Shown one piece after another: positions 19,371 through 29,281 of a stretch of DNA of 64,000 nucleotides (its first letter is position 1; every line of letters starts with the position of its first letter). The DNA is taken from contig CAMTYE010000009.1 of the NCBI GenBank assembly GCA_947085935.1, positions 72,021 to 136,020 of the forward strand. Reading direction: 5' to 3'. A program made the position numbers and the translations under genes. The notes below the pieces were generated by a model. The model was not told the DNA's origin. It did no database searches and saw only the letters and a list, made by a program, of their open reading frames with translations. Source of the DNA: an uncultured Actinomycetes bacterium. Its GTDB lineage: Bacteria; Actinomycetota; Coriobacteriia; Anaerosomatales; CAMTYE01.

Positions 19371-19448
19371 TGGGCGCGCGCAGGGCAGACGTATGCTTGG
19401 CACGGCCCCGGTTCGCAGCGGATCGGGTACTTCCCGAAGGAGCGGCGC

Positions 19449-21386
19449 GTGGGTTCGGAGCGCATCCTCGATCGCATAACATCTCCCTGCGAGTTGCGGG
19501 GTCTGGACGAGGCCGAGCTGGCCCGCCTGGCTGACGAGATTCGCGAAACGCTCGTGCAGACCGTTTCGGTCACGGGCGGACACCTCGCACCCAACCTCGG
19601 AGTCGTCGAGCTCACTCTTGGGCTCCACATGGCGCTCGAGTGTCCTGCGGACCGCATCATCTGGGACGTGGGGCATCAGTCATACGTCCACAAGCTCATC
19701 ACCGGCCGCCTGGACCGTTTCTCCACGCTGCGGCAGTACGGCGGCGTCTGTGGCTTTCCCAAGCGCAGCGAAAGCCCGTACGACACGTTCGACACCGGCC
19801 ATGCCTCGAACTCGTTGTCGGTCGCGCTCGGGCTGGCGTGCGCCCGCGACGCAGCTGGCACCGATGAGACCGTTGTTGCGGTGATCGGTGATGGTTCGAT
19901 GACGGGCGGCATGGCGTTCGAGGCGCTCAATCACATCGGTCATCTCGGCACCAGACTCGTGATCGTACTCAACGACAATGAGATGTCGATCGCGGAGAAC
20001 GTCGGTGCCCTCTCCAGCTACCTTGCGCGCGTGAGACTCGACCCCCGGTACAACCGCCTCCGAGACGAAGTCGAGACCGCTCTCGCCCGAACGCGTCTCG
20101 GTGCGGCCATGGTCGCCGCCGGCGAAGCGGCCAAGGAGTCGGTCAAGCAGTTGCTGGTTCCGGGCATGCTCTTCGAGGAGCTCGGGCTCAAGTACGTCGG
20201 CCCGATCGACGGTCACAGCATCGCTGCGGTTCAGAGCGCCATCGTTCGCGCGAAGCAGGTCGACGGGCCGGTGATCGTTCACGCGGTGACGCGCAAGGGC
20301 GCCGGTTACGAGCACGCCGAGGACCAACCCGACGCATTTCACGGTATCGGACCGTTCTCCATCGGCACAGGTAAGGTCAACGGGTCGGGCTCGACGATCA
20401 CCTACACCGAGGCGTTCAGCCAGGCGCTGGTCGCAGAGGCCGAAGGCGACGAACGCATCGTGGCCATCACCGCCGCGATGCCCGCCGGCACCGGATTGGA
20501 CCGGTTCGCAGAGCGTTTTCCGGATCGGTTCTTCGATGTCGGTATCGCCGAGCAGCACGCTGTCGGACTCGCGGCGGGCCTTGCTCTGGGTGGCCGAGTC
20601 CCGGTCGTGGCGATCTACTCGACGTTTCTCCAACGGGCGTACGACCAGCTCATCATGGACATCGCACTTCAGGATCTGCATGTCGTGTTCTGCCTCGACC
20701 GGGCCGGTCTGGTCGGAGAGGACGGACCGACGCATCATGGTGTGTTCGACCTGACGTACTTGCGCAGCGTGCCGAACCTGATGGTGCTGGCGCCGTCCGA
20801 TGAGAGCGAGCTCGTACATGCCCTCCATACCGCGCTGGCCGCCGGCGGTCCGGTGGCGATCCGGTATCCCCGCGGCGCGGGGAGGGGCGTGGGAATACCG
20901 TCACAGCCCGAGGTGCTTCCTTTGGGTCGCGCGGTCGTTCGTTCCGAAGGGAGTGACGTCGCGCTGTTCGCGGCAGGGCGGATGGTCGCCGAGGCCCAAC
21001 GCGCTGCCGAGCTGCTCGCGCTGGACGGTATCTCCGCCGGCGTCATCGATGCGCGCTGGGTCAAGCCGCTCGATCTCGAAGCCACCCGTCATGCGGCGAT
21101 GAATCATCGACTGCTGGTGACGCTCGAGGAGAACACAGGTGTCGGAGGATTCGGCGCCGCTGTCATGGAGGCGCTTTCCGAAATGGGTGTTGTCGTGCCG
21201 GTGCTTCGGATATCGGTCCCCGATTGCTTCGTCACCCACGGCGCCACGAGTAAGCTCCTGTCCGAGATCGGCCTGACGCCGGAGGGGATACGCGGCTCCG
21301 TCCTGGCCAGACTGCTCGACATCCCGCACCTCGAGGCGGATAGGGTGGGCGACAGTGCGACTTCGAGCCGACGTAGTTCTGGTTAA
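19449..21386 (+). CDS. dxs: 1-deoxy-D-xylulose-5-phosphate synthase
   Basis: GHQSYVHKLITGR and GDGSMTGGMAFEALN (ThDP-binding) motifs. GTG at 19449 gives the usual N-terminus (ILDRITSP..L). Confidence 0.95.
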   Translation: MGSERILDRITSPCELRGLDEAELARLADEIRETLVQTVSVTGGHLAPNLGVVELTLGLHMALECPADRIIWDVGHQSYVHKLITGRLDRFSTLRQYGGVCGFPKRSESPYDTFDTGHASNSLSVALGLACARDAAGTDETVVAVIGDGSMTGGMAFEALNHIGHLGTRLVIVLNDNEMSIAENVGALSSYLARVRLDPRYNRLRDEVETALARTRLGAAMVAAGEAAKESVKQLLVPGMLFEELGLKYVGPIDGHSIAAVQSAIVRAKQVDGPVIVHAVTRKGAGYEHAEDQPDAFHGIGPFSIGTGKVNGSGSTITYTEAFSQALVAEAEGDERIVAITAAMPAGTGLDRFAERFPDRFFDVGIAEQHAVGLAAGLALGGRVPVVAIYSTFLQRAYDQLIMDIALQDLHVVFCLDRAGLVGEDGPTHHGVFDLTYLRSVPNLMVLAPSDESELVHALHTALAAGGPVAIRYPRGAGRGVGIPSQPEVLPLGRAVVRSEGSDVALFAAGRMVAEAQRAAELLALDGISAGVIDARWVKPLDLEATRHAAMNHRLLVTLEENTGVGGFGAAVMEALSEMGVVVPVLRISVPDCFVTHGATSKLLSEIGLTPEGIRGSVLARLLDIPHLEADRVGDSATSSRRSSG

Positions 21387-22146
21387 CCGCGGCCTGTACG
21401 AGTCTCGAGAGCGAGCGCGCGCAGCTATCCTCGCGGGAGCGGTGAAGGTCGACGGGCACACGATTCGCAAAGCCGGCGAGAGTATCTCCCCTGACGCGGA
21501 GATCGATGTCGATCGGGGGCCCGAGTTCGTGTCGCGCGGAGGGCACAAGCTCGCCGGTGCGCTCGCGGATTTCGGATTCCGGGTTGCAGATCTCCGCGCG
21601 GTCGACGTCGGAGCGTCGACAGGTGGGTTCACCGACTGCCTGCTTCAGCATGGGGCCGCCCACGTGACAGCGCTCGATGTCGGCTACGGACAGCTGGCGT
21701 GGAAGCTGAGAACCGATGAGCGTGTGAGCGTATTCGAGAGGACGAACGTCCGGACGGCGGATCCGGGTCGGCTTGGTGCGCCGTTCGACCTCGCCGTCGT
21801 TGACGTGTCATTCATCAGCCTGCTATCGGCTTTGCCCGGGATACTGGCGCTGCTCTCTTCGCAGGCGACGCTGCTGGCCTTGGTCAAGCCTCAGTTCGAG
21901 GTTGGTAAGGGCCGTGTGGGAAAACGCGGTGTGGTGCGCGATCCGGCGATGCATGTCGAGGTGCTCCGGCGGGTGAGCGCAGGTCTGACCGGAGCCGGTC
22001 TGGCCGTGCGGGGTCTCACATGGTCGCCCATACGGGGCCCCGAAGGTAACATTGAGTTCTGGGTCTGGGCCGACGGGTTCGGCCTGGCGACCGATCCGGA
22101 CATCCCGGAACTCGTCGCCGCAGCGCACGAGAGCCTGGGAGGATAG
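21355..22146 (+). CDS. tlyA: TlyA family rRNA (cytidine-2'-O)-methyltransferase
   Basis: S4-like N-terminus (RADVVLVNRGLYESRERA) and the SAM motif VDVGASTGGFTDCLLQHGA. Overlaps the dxs 3' end by 32 nt. Confidence 0.85.
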   Translation: MRLRADVVLVNRGLYESRERARAAILAGAVKVDGHTIRKAGESISPDAEIDVDRGPEFVSRGGHKLAGALADFGFRVADLRAVDVGASTGGFTDCLLQHGAAHVTALDVGYGQLAWKLRTDERVSVFERTNVRTADPGRLGAPFDLAVVDVSFISLLSALPGILALLSSQATLLALVKPQFEVGKGRVGKRGVVRDPAMHVEVLRRVSAGLTGAGLAVRGLTWSPIRGPEGNIEFWVWADGFGLATDPDIPELVAAAHESLGG

Positions 22147-22147
22147 C

Positions 22148-22996
22148 GTGAAGGTACTGCTGGTCCCCAACACGGGAAACCCCGCCGCGGTCGCAGCCGC
22201 CACGGAGCTCTCCGCCTGGCTGCACGCCGAGGGCTTCGAGCCTCTCATGGCGGCCGAGGACGCGGCCGCCATCGGACTGGAGCGCCTGGGCGTTCCCTCG
22301 ACCGAGATAGGGGTCCCGCTGATGGCGGTCGCGCTCGGAGGCGACGGCACGATCCTGAAGACCGTTCATCTCTTGGGCGAGGTGGAAGTCCCGCTTCTCG
22401 GTGTCAATCTCGGTCGTCTGGGTTTCATGTCGGGCGCCTCCGGCGATGACCTGCGGGGCGCGGTGGCGGCCGCCCTTGCAGGTGAGGGTCGCATCGAGCG
22501 ACGGGCCACGCTTGAGGCTCGCGTCGTGATGGAGGGGCGTGAAGTCGGACGTTACCGGGCACTCAACGAGGTCCATGTGGGTCGAGGCGGGTCCGGACGC
22601 CTGATCGAGATCGCGCTCTCCGTCGATGGTCTCGACGTCCACGAGTTCGCCTGCGACGGCGTGGTGGTCGCAACGCCAACCGGTTCGACCGCGTACGCGC
22701 TGTCCGCCGGAGGGCCGATCGTCTCTCCCGATGTAGCGTGTCAGGTGGTCGTGCCTGTCGCCGCTCACGTGCTGACCGTGCGCTCCATGGTGCTTCCCGC
22801 CTCGGCGGAGGTCTGTGTCCGCCTGCCGAATCCCGCGCGCCGCGACGCGTGCCTTCAGGTTGATGGGGATCCCACGCCGTGCCGAAGAGCCATCGAGTCG
22901 GTCACGGTGCGTGCGTGCCCCGCCGACGTACTGCTCGTCAAGCTCGACGGCCGCGAGTTCCTTGAAGTCGTTGCCGACGAGTTCTTCGGGAGGTAG
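22148..22996 (+). CDS. nadK: NAD+ kinase
   Basis: ALGGDGTILK motif and PTGSTAYALSAGGPIV. GTG at 22148 lies just after the tlyA stop. Confidence 0.9.
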   Translation: MKVLLVPNTGNPAAVAAATELSAWLHAEGFEPLMAAEDAAAIGLERLGVPSTEIGVPLMAVALGGDGTILKTVHLLGEVEVPLLGVNLGRLGFMSGASGDDLRGAVAAALAGEGRIERRATLEARVVMEGREVGRYRALNEVHVGRGGSGRLIEIALSVDGLDVHEFACDGVVVATPTGSTAYALSAGGPIVSPDVACQVVVPVAAHVLTVRSMVLPASAEVCVRLPNPARRDACLQVDGDPTPCRRAIESVTVRACPADVLLVKLDGREFLEVVADEFFGR

Positions 22997-22998
22997 AC

Positions 22999-24657
22999 GT
23001 GCTCGAGGAGCTCCGCGTACGCGATCTGGCACTCATCGAGGACATCCGGCTGGAGTTCGGTCCCGGCATGACAGTGTTGACCGGAGAGACCGGAGCGGGC
23101 AAGACCGCACTGGTGGGCGCGCTCAAGCTGCTTGTGGGCGAGCGCGCTGACTCCACGCTCGTGCGTGCGGGAGCCTCCGAGGCGCTGGTCGAAGGGCGTA
23201 TCCGCGACGGGGATGCCGAGGTCGTCGCCAAGAGACGCGTGAGCCTGGACGGTCGCTCGCGCGCCTGGCTGGACGGTGAGATGGCTACCGTGGGGGCCCT
23301 TGCAGCGCGCCTGGGCCCATTCGTCGATCTGCATGGCCAGCACGAACACCAGTCCCTCCTGATTCCCGGACGTCACGTGAGCTATCTGGACGGATACATC
23401 GGCGCGGAGGCGGTGGATCACCTCGATGCGTATCGGCGGGCGCGCAGCGCGTGGGCTGAGGCCGTGGCTGCACTGGCTGCTCGGGAGGCTGCGCTGGCCG
23501 AGGCGGAAGATCGAGCCGACTACCTGCGCTTCGTCGTGTCGGATATCGACTCGTGCGCGCCGCTCCCCGATGAAGACGACGAGCTGGAGCGGCGACTCCC
23601 GGCGATGCAGCACGCCGAGCGCCTCGCGCACTCGGCGAACGAAGCGTACGCTGCCTTGCGCGGCGAGGGGGCGGCCTCCGACTGCGCCGCCCGGGCGGCA
23701 GGGGCCCTTGCCCGGGTCGCCGGCGTGGATCCGGAGCTGGACACACTCGCTGCCCGCCTGGACGAGGCTCTCAGGGCGGTCGAGGATATCGGACTCGAAC
23801 TGCGCGAGTACGGTGAGTCGGTCGAGTTCGATCCTTCCGCGCTCGACGCGGCACACTCGCGCCTGAGCGTCCTGGCCACGCTCAAGAAGAAGTACGGTCC
23901 GGCTCTCGGCGACGTGTTGTCGACACGCGCCGATGCGCGTGCGGCGCTCGATGCGCTGGATGCGGGCGGCGCGGGCACGGTCGCCGCCCGGGACCTGTGC
24001 CTCCGGGCCGAGACCGAGATGCGTGCCGCTGCCGAGGCGCTCGGGCAGCTGCGTGCCCGGGCCGTCCCGCAATTCCTCTCGCACCTTCATGAAGCGGTTG
24101 CGGATCTCGCCATGAACGCGGCGCGGTTCGATGTGGACATCTCGATGGCACCGGTCGAGGAGTGGACCGAGGACGGGCCGCAGAGAGTGGAGTTCATGTT
24201 CGCGCCCGGGCCCGATCAGCCCTTCAAGTCGCTCGCCAGGATCGCCTCCGGCGGAGAGCTCTCGAGGGTCATGCTGGCGCTCAAAGGGGTCCTCGGCAGG
24301 GCGGACCGCGTGCCGGTTCTCGTCTTCGACGAGGTGGACGCCGGAATCGGCGGGGCAACGGCGCTTGCCGTCGGACGCCGGCTCAGGGAGCTTTCGAGTC
24401 GGCACCAGGTGCTGGTCGTCACACATCTCGCACAGGTGGCGGTCTACGCTGACGTCCAGGTCGTCGTGTCCAAGTCGCTCGTCGGGGACAAGACGGCCAC
24501 GACAGCGACCGTGGTGCGAGGTGACGCGCGCGTCGCGGAGGTCGCGCGTATGATCGCCGGAGCCGACACCGAGGCGGGCCTCGCGCACGCTCGCGAACTC
24601 ATATCGTCTGTTTCGGGAGAAGGGCATGCGGGCGTGATCCGCGAGTCCATCTGGTAG
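22999..24657 (+). CDS. recN: DNA repair protein RecN
   Basis: Walker A LTGETGAGKTAL, long coiled-coil middle, SGGELSRVMLAL signature and VLVFDEVDAGIGG. SD GGGAGG upstream. Confidence 0.95.
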   Translation: MLEELRVRDLALIEDIRLEFGPGMTVLTGETGAGKTALVGALKLLVGERADSTLVRAGASEALVEGRIRDGDAEVVAKRRVSLDGRSRAWLDGEMATVGALAARLGPFVDLHGQHEHQSLLIPGRHVSYLDGYIGAEAVDHLDAYRRARSAWAEAVAALAAREAALAEAEDRADYLRFVVSDIDSCAPLPDEDDELERRLPAMQHAERLAHSANEAYAALRGEGAASDCAARAAGALARVAGVDPELDTLAARLDEALRAVEDIGLELREYGESVEFDPSALDAAHSRLSVLATLKKKYGPALGDVLSTRADARAALDALDAGGAGTVAARDLCLRAETEMRAAAEALGQLRARAVPQFLSHLHEAVADLAMNAARFDVDISMAPVEEWTEDGPQRVEFMFAPGPDQPFKSLARIASGGELSRVMLALKGVLGRADRVPVLVFDEVDAGIGGATALAVGRRLRELSSRHQVLVVTHLAQVAVYADVQVVVSKSLVGDKTATTATVVRGDARVAEVARMIAGADTEAGLAHARELISSVSGEGHAGVIRESIW

Positions 24658-24660
24658 AAT
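24652..24660 (+). promoter_or_regulatory. Candidate extended -10 element (TGGTAGAAT) upstream of steA
   Basis: TGG+TAGAAT overlaps the recN stop codon, about 75 nt upstream of the ATG at 24736. Confidence 0.3.
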
Positions 24661-24735
24661 GCGTCGTCACGACCGCCCCGCGACGCGGGGGGTCACGATT
24701 CCGTGGCTGCGGGTGCGGCGAGTGAAAGGCCATAC

Positions 24736-25857
24736 ATGCGGCACGAGGGCATAGCCCGGCTCGATAAGCGGACCAAGGACCTCGCGAATCGTCTGAGCAG
24801 CGACGACATCGCAATCATCGATCACGAGGACATGGATCGCGTGAGTGCCGAGTCGCTCCTGGAGACCGGCGTCGAGGTCGTGGTCAACGCTGCGCGTTCC
24901 ATCTCCGGCACCTATCCGAACCTCGGACCGTTGATTCTCACTCGTGGAGGCGTCACTCTGCTCGACGCCGTCGGATCCCAGGTGTTCGATGCCATCTCTG
25001 AAGGCCAGCGCGTCGAAGTGGTGGGAGACGACGTCGTCGTGGCCGGTCGGGTCGTCGCCAGCGGGACCCGCCTGACCGTCACGTCGATAGAGCAGACGAT
25101 GAACGCGGCCAAGGCGGGTATCGGGGAACAGCTCGACAGATTCGCGCGCAACACACTCGAGTTCCTGGATCGCGAGAAGGACCTCCTCATCGAGGGATCC
25201 GAAGTGCCCCACACGAAGGTCGACATGCACGGACGTCAGGTTCTCGTCGTTGTTCGCGGCTACGACTACCGGGAAGATCTCAATGCGCTCAAGCCATACG
25301 TGCGGGAGATGAAGCCCGTGCTGATCGGGGTCGACGGCGGAGCCGATGCCATTCTGGAGGCGGGGTTTACGCCGGACGTCATCGTCGGCGACATGGACTC
25401 GGTTTCGGATCGGGCATTGTGCTGCGGCGCAGAGCTCATCGTCCATGCGTATACCGATGGTCGGGCGCCGGGTATGGAGCGACTTGAGTCGCTCGGTCTT
25501 TCCGGGGTCGCATGGCCGCTCTCGGCCACGAGTGAGGACCTTGCGCTGCTGCTGCCCTATGAGTCCGGCGCCGACCTCATCGTCGCGGTGGGAACGCACG
25601 CCAACCTCGTCGAGTACCTCGACAAGGGGCGCAAGGGCATGGCCTCGACGTTCCTCGTGCGGCTCAAGGTCGGCCCGAGACTCGTGGACGCGAAAGGAGT
25701 GAACAAGCTCTATCGCTCCTCGGTAGGGACCGGTTCGCTTCTCGTGCTGACGGCGGCCGGCCTCCTCGCGCTCAGCATCGTGGTCATGATCTCGCCCATG
25801 GTTCGGGACATGCTCGCACTGATCCTGCTGCGGTTTCGTGCGTTCATCGGCATCTAG
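24736..25857 (+). CDS. steA: SteA-like putative cytokinetic-ring protein (thiamine-pyrophosphokinase-like domain plus C-terminal TM)
   Basis: GIARLDKRTKDLANRL...IAIIDHEDMD N-terminus, TPK-like IVGDMDSVSD motif and a C-terminal TM helix. Positioned after recN, as Rv1697 is in M. tuberculosis. Confidence 0.7.
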   Translation: MRHEGIARLDKRTKDLANRLSSDDIAIIDHEDMDRVSAESLLETGVEVVVNAARSISGTYPNLGPLILTRGGVTLLDAVGSQVFDAISEGQRVEVVGDDVVVAGRVVASGTRLTVTSIEQTMNAAKAGIGEQLDRFARNTLEFLDREKDLLIEGSEVPHTKVDMHGRQVLVVVRGYDYREDLNALKPYVREMKPVLIGVDGGADAILEAGFTPDVIVGDMDSVSDRALCCGAELIVHAYTDGRAPGMERLESLGLSGVAWPLSATSEDLALLLPYESGADLIVAVGTHANLVEYLDKGRKGMASTFLVRLKVGPRLVDAKGVNKLYRSSVGTGSLLVLTAAGLLALSIVVMISPMVRDMLALILLRFRAFIGI

Positions 25858-25869
25858 AAGGGCTGAACG

Positions 25870-26706
25870 ATGTATAACTGGCGCTACCATATCGCTTCGC
25901 TGGTCGCGGTGTTCCTGTCATTGTCGATCGGGCTCGTCTTGGGAACGATCGTCAACGAGCGCGGTGCGCTCGACGCGCAGCGGGACTCGCTGATCAACAG
26001 CCTGCAGAAGGAGTTCGAGTCCCTGTCCAGCGAGAACCGGACTCTGACGGAGGTCCACGAACGCGACGCGGCGTTCATCGAGGACACCCTCGGGCATCTG
26101 GTCGCCGGTGAGCTTGAGGGCAGAGCCGTGTACGTGCTCGCCAGCACGGGACGCACTGACGGTCTGAGCGCCACCGAGGACGCCGTACGCCTCGCCGGCG
26201 GCGTTCCGGTTTCGATAACTCTTGGGTCTCCGGGGTTCGGGCTTTCCGATGATGGCCTCGCCGCGGCTCTCGGCGTCTTCTTCCCGGGTGTCGATCGAGA
26301 GGACCTTCTCGAGAGCGTGGCGGCATCGCTCAGCGCGGAGTGGTCGCTTCCTGCGGGTCAGCGCGTCGTCACCGCAGCGCTCGTCAACGCCGGCGTCTTG
26401 AATGCTGAGTCGCTCGTCGATGCACCGCCGATCGCGGGACTCGTCCTGCTTGCCGCCGCGGAGGGCTCTGCAGACACGGCCGCGCTCTCTCTGGGCCTTG
26501 CGGTATCGCGCGGGGGCATCCCTGTCGTCGGCGCGCAGACGACGTCTCGCGATACCGGGGTAGCGCAGGCGGCTGCGGGGGCGGGTCTGTCGTCGGTCGA
26601 TGATGTCGACGAGCCGCAGGGTGTCTTTTCGCTCGTGCGGATCCTGGCGGGCGGCGTCAGCGGGCAGTTCGGCGTAGGCGCGGGCTCACGGCCGTATCCA
26701 CGCTAG
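25870..26706 (+). CDS. MctB-like 'copper transporter' family membrane-anchored protein
   Basis: MYNWRYHIASLVAVFLSLSIGLVLG N-terminus followed by a coiled coil. Positional equivalent of mctB (Rv1698) between steA and pyrG. Confidence 0.65.
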   Translation: MYNWRYHIASLVAVFLSLSIGLVLGTIVNERGALDAQRDSLINSLQKEFESLSSENRTLTEVHERDAAFIEDTLGHLVAGELEGRAVYVLASTGRTDGLSATEDAVRLAGGVPVSITLGSPGFGLSDDGLAAALGVFFPGVDREDLLESVAASLSAEWSLPAGQRVVTAALVNAGVLNAESLVDAPPIAGLVLLAAAEGSADTAALSLGLAVSRGGIPVVGAQTTSRDTGVAQAAAGAGLSSVDDVDEPQGVFSLVRILAGGVSGQFGVGAGSRPYPR

Positions 26707-26727
26707 CGGTGCCGCGGAGGCGCAGCT

Positions 26728-27411
26728 TCACGCACCGCGCTTCTCACGCGCGATTCGTGCCAGCGCGAGCGCGACGTGCGCGAACTGCCGCCCGCGGTGA
26801 ACGAACCCGCGAAGGTCTCTTCCGGTCGCTGCGTGGCCCATGGTGGTCTCGACTTCGACGACGTTGAGGCCGGCTCTGAGAGCCCGGATGGTCAGCGCGA
26901 CTTCCACGCCGTAGCCGAACTCGAAGGGTGTGCACGCTTCGATCGCCCTGCGGGTGAGCGCACGTTGCCCGGAGAGGGGAGCGTGGGCGTCGAACGGGCC
27001 ACCCAGCAGCCGAATCCCCGTTCGAGCGAGGCTCATGACGAGGCCGAAGCCTGCCTTGCGCGCGGGCCGGGGGAAGCGGGCGACGCTCATGTCGGCGATC
27101 CCCGCGCGCAGGGGGTCGAGAAGCGCGGCAGCCTGGGCGGCGCTTGATCCCAGGTCCCCGTCGAGCAAGAGGACGACGTCCGCTTCGCCGATGAGCGCGA
27201 CGCCTGCGTCGAGGGCCGCGCCCTTGCCCGAGTTCGTCGGCAGGGTCACGACGTCGGCTCCCGCCTCCCTGGCGAGAGCGGCGGTGGCGTCCGTGGACGC
27301 GTCATCGATGACCAGGACACGCTGAACCCCGGCGACCGCGCGCGTGGCTTCCACCGTCTCGGCGATCGACGCGGCTTCGTTGAACGCGGGAATCAGGGTG
27401 ATGACGTTCAT
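26728..27411 (-). CDS. Family 2 glycosyltransferase (soluble, 227 aa)
   Basis: ITLIPAFNEAASI...VLVIDDASTDAT...NSGKGAALDAG...LLLDGDL are GT-A/GT2 motifs. The ATG overlaps the murJ stop (ATGA). Confidence 0.8.
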   Translation of the reverse strand: MNVITLIPAFNEAASIAETVEATRAVAGVQRVLVIDDASTDATAALAREAGADVVTLPTNSGKGAALDAGVALIGEADVVLLLDGDLGSSAAQAAALLDPLRAGIADMSVARFPRPARKAGFGLVMSLARTGIRLLGGPFDAHAPLSGQRALTRRAIEACTPFEFGYGVEVALTIRALRAGLNVVEVETTMGHAATGRDLRGFVHRGRQFAHVALALARIAREKRGA

Positions 27412-28967
27412 GCCGCTCGTCTCCGGCGGACGACCCGCTTCGCCAGATCCACGGCCACGGATACCTCATCGACGCGGAGGATCGCGGCGCTGCCGAATGC
27501 GGCGAGGAGGCCCACCGTCCCGGCGATCACAAGCTGGATGAGGAAGCCGCCGTTGAGGTCCGCCAGACCCGGCGTGTATCTCACGAAGCCCCAGGCAGCC
27601 ACCCCGCCCACGACCGACGCGAGAACCGTCCGGGTGAGCATCCACGCGATCCCGCGTCCGTCGTACGCGCCGATCTTGCGGCGCAAGATGAGAGACAGCG
27701 TGAGCGCCACGAGCGCATAGAAGATCGCGTCGGCTATCGGGATACCCTTGAGGCCGAGGCCCGGCCACGACCCGAAGCCAGTGGTGAGCAGTGCGTACAG
27801 CCCGACCTGGCCGAAGGTGAGGACGAGGTTGACCATCATCGGGGTCTTGGTGTCCTTCAGCGAGTAGAACGTCTTGAGCAGGTACATCGTCGTCGCGTAG
27901 AAGAACAGCGCCATGGCCCAGTACACCAGGACCTCCGAGACCACCGGGATGTCTGACGCGGTGAACTCGCCCGCACGGTACATGCGCACGAGTGAAGGCG
28001 CCAGGGCGATGAGCAGCGCGGCCATCGGCAGGATGAGTATCGCGTTGGCGCGCATGCCCCGACCAAACGTGCGCTTGAACTCGGCGTAGTCCTTGCGTCC
28101 GGCCTGCGCAGAGAGCTCCGTGAAGATCGCCGTGGCCAATGCGACAGCAAGGACCCCGTAGGGAAGCTGATACCACATCCACGCGTAGAGGAGGGTCGCG
28201 GGGCCCGAGGCGGTGACCTTGAGGGCGTACGCGTTGCGAAACGAGACCGCGACGAGGTTCGTCAGCACGTAGATGATGGTCGGAATCGCCATCGCACCCA
28301 TCGCGCGCAGTCCCGGATGCCGCCAATCGATGCGCGGGCTCCACCGGGGCCGAAGGGCGAGCAGGCTCGGAAGCTGGACAGCGTACATCGCAAGGACGCC
28401 GAGCGTGGTCCCGATGGCCAGGCCGGTCTTCGCCAGATCAGGATCCGTGTGGCGGAACGGTACGTAGAAGCCGAGTAGGGTCACGATCACGACGATGTTG
28501 TTGAACACCGGGCCGAGGGCCACCCACAGGTACTTGCGCTGGGAGTTGAGTATGCCGCTCATGACGGAACCGGCGCCGTAGATCACGACCTGCACAGCGA
28601 AGAACCTGAAGAAGAAGACCGCGAGGGAGGCGTCCTCCACGCTTACGGTGAACGTCTGCGTGCGAACGAAGGGGGCAGCCCACAGCGTGCCGGCCACCGC
28701 TACGATGGCCAACGCGAGGGTCGCGATGTTGAAGACCGAGCTTGCGAAGGACCAGGCGTCCCGTTCGCTGGATGACTCCCACTGCTCCATGAAGACAGGG
28801 ATGAACAGTGACGAAATGACACCGCCCGCGACCAGTTCGTAGATCATGTTCGGGATGTTGTTCGCGACGTTGTACGATGCCGCGAAGGCCGTGACACCGA
28901 GCGCGTAGGCGATCGCCCACGTGCGCGCGAAACCCGTGACGCGCGACAGCGCTGTCGACACTGACAT
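27408..28967 (-). CDS. murJ: MurJ/MviN family lipid II flippase (MOP superfamily)
   Basis: LSRVTGFARTWAIAYALG N-terminal motif. About 14 hydrophobic segments. 519 aa. Confidence 0.8.
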   Translation of the reverse strand: MSVSTALSRVTGFARTWAIAYALGVTAFAASYNVANNIPNMIYELVAGGVISSLFIPVFMEQWESSSERDAWSFASSVFNIATLALAIVAVAGTLWAAPFVRTQTFTVSVEDASLAVFFFRFFAVQVVIYGAGSVMSGILNSQRKYLWVALGPVFNNIVVIVTLLGFYVPFRHTDPDLAKTGLAIGTTLGVLAMYAVQLPSLLALRPRWSPRIDWRHPGLRAMGAMAIPTIIYVLTNLVAVSFRNAYALKVTASGPATLLYAWMWYQLPYGVLAVALATAIFTELSAQAGRKDYAEFKRTFGRGMRANAILILPMAALLIALAPSLVRMYRAGEFTASDIPVVSEVLVYWAMALFFYATTMYLLKTFYSLKDTKTPMMVNLVLTFGQVGLYALLTTGFGSWPGLGLKGIPIADAIFYALVALTLSLILRRKIGAYDGRGIAWMLTRTVLASVVGGVAAWGFVRYTPGLADLNGGFLIQLVIAGTVGLLAAFGSAAILRVDEVSVAVDLAKRVVRRRRAA

Positions 28968-29281
28968 GATCGCTGTTGATCGGGCGACGGTGGGGCTCGA
29001 AATGGTGTCCTCCGGTCTCTCGTCAGACGCTCACCTGCACTGCGACGCGTCGGGCGTATCGATTGTAGCCGACCAACCCCCGGGCGGTCTGGCCCGTCCG
29101 GGGCTGGTTGCCCATCCGTCACCGACCCGTCCCGGTCTCCGGGTTCGCGGGCAATGACGTTCCGCTATACTAGCGAGTGGGCGCCGGGCGCCCGGCCGAC
29201 GCTGCTCGCGGAGGCCTCACGTTCCCCCTGGTGGGCCTTGATCTTGCCTTCGGCATGCCCCGAACGCGAGAAGGAGCGAGA

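Noticed and set aside
28968-29281. Possible riboswitch (for example a ydaO/c-di-AMP type) or small RNA in the 314-nt murJ / membrane-protein divergent region. Other intergenic gaps (1691-1804, 14826-14959, 19339-19448, 61304-61473) were scanned for RNA genes as well.
   Set aside because: Only generic GC-rich hairpins were seen. I could recognise no conserved riboswitch core, tRNA cloverleaf or rRNA segment. The gaps are short and consistent with promoters and 5' UTRs. A covariance-model scan (Rfam/Infernal) would be the decisive test.
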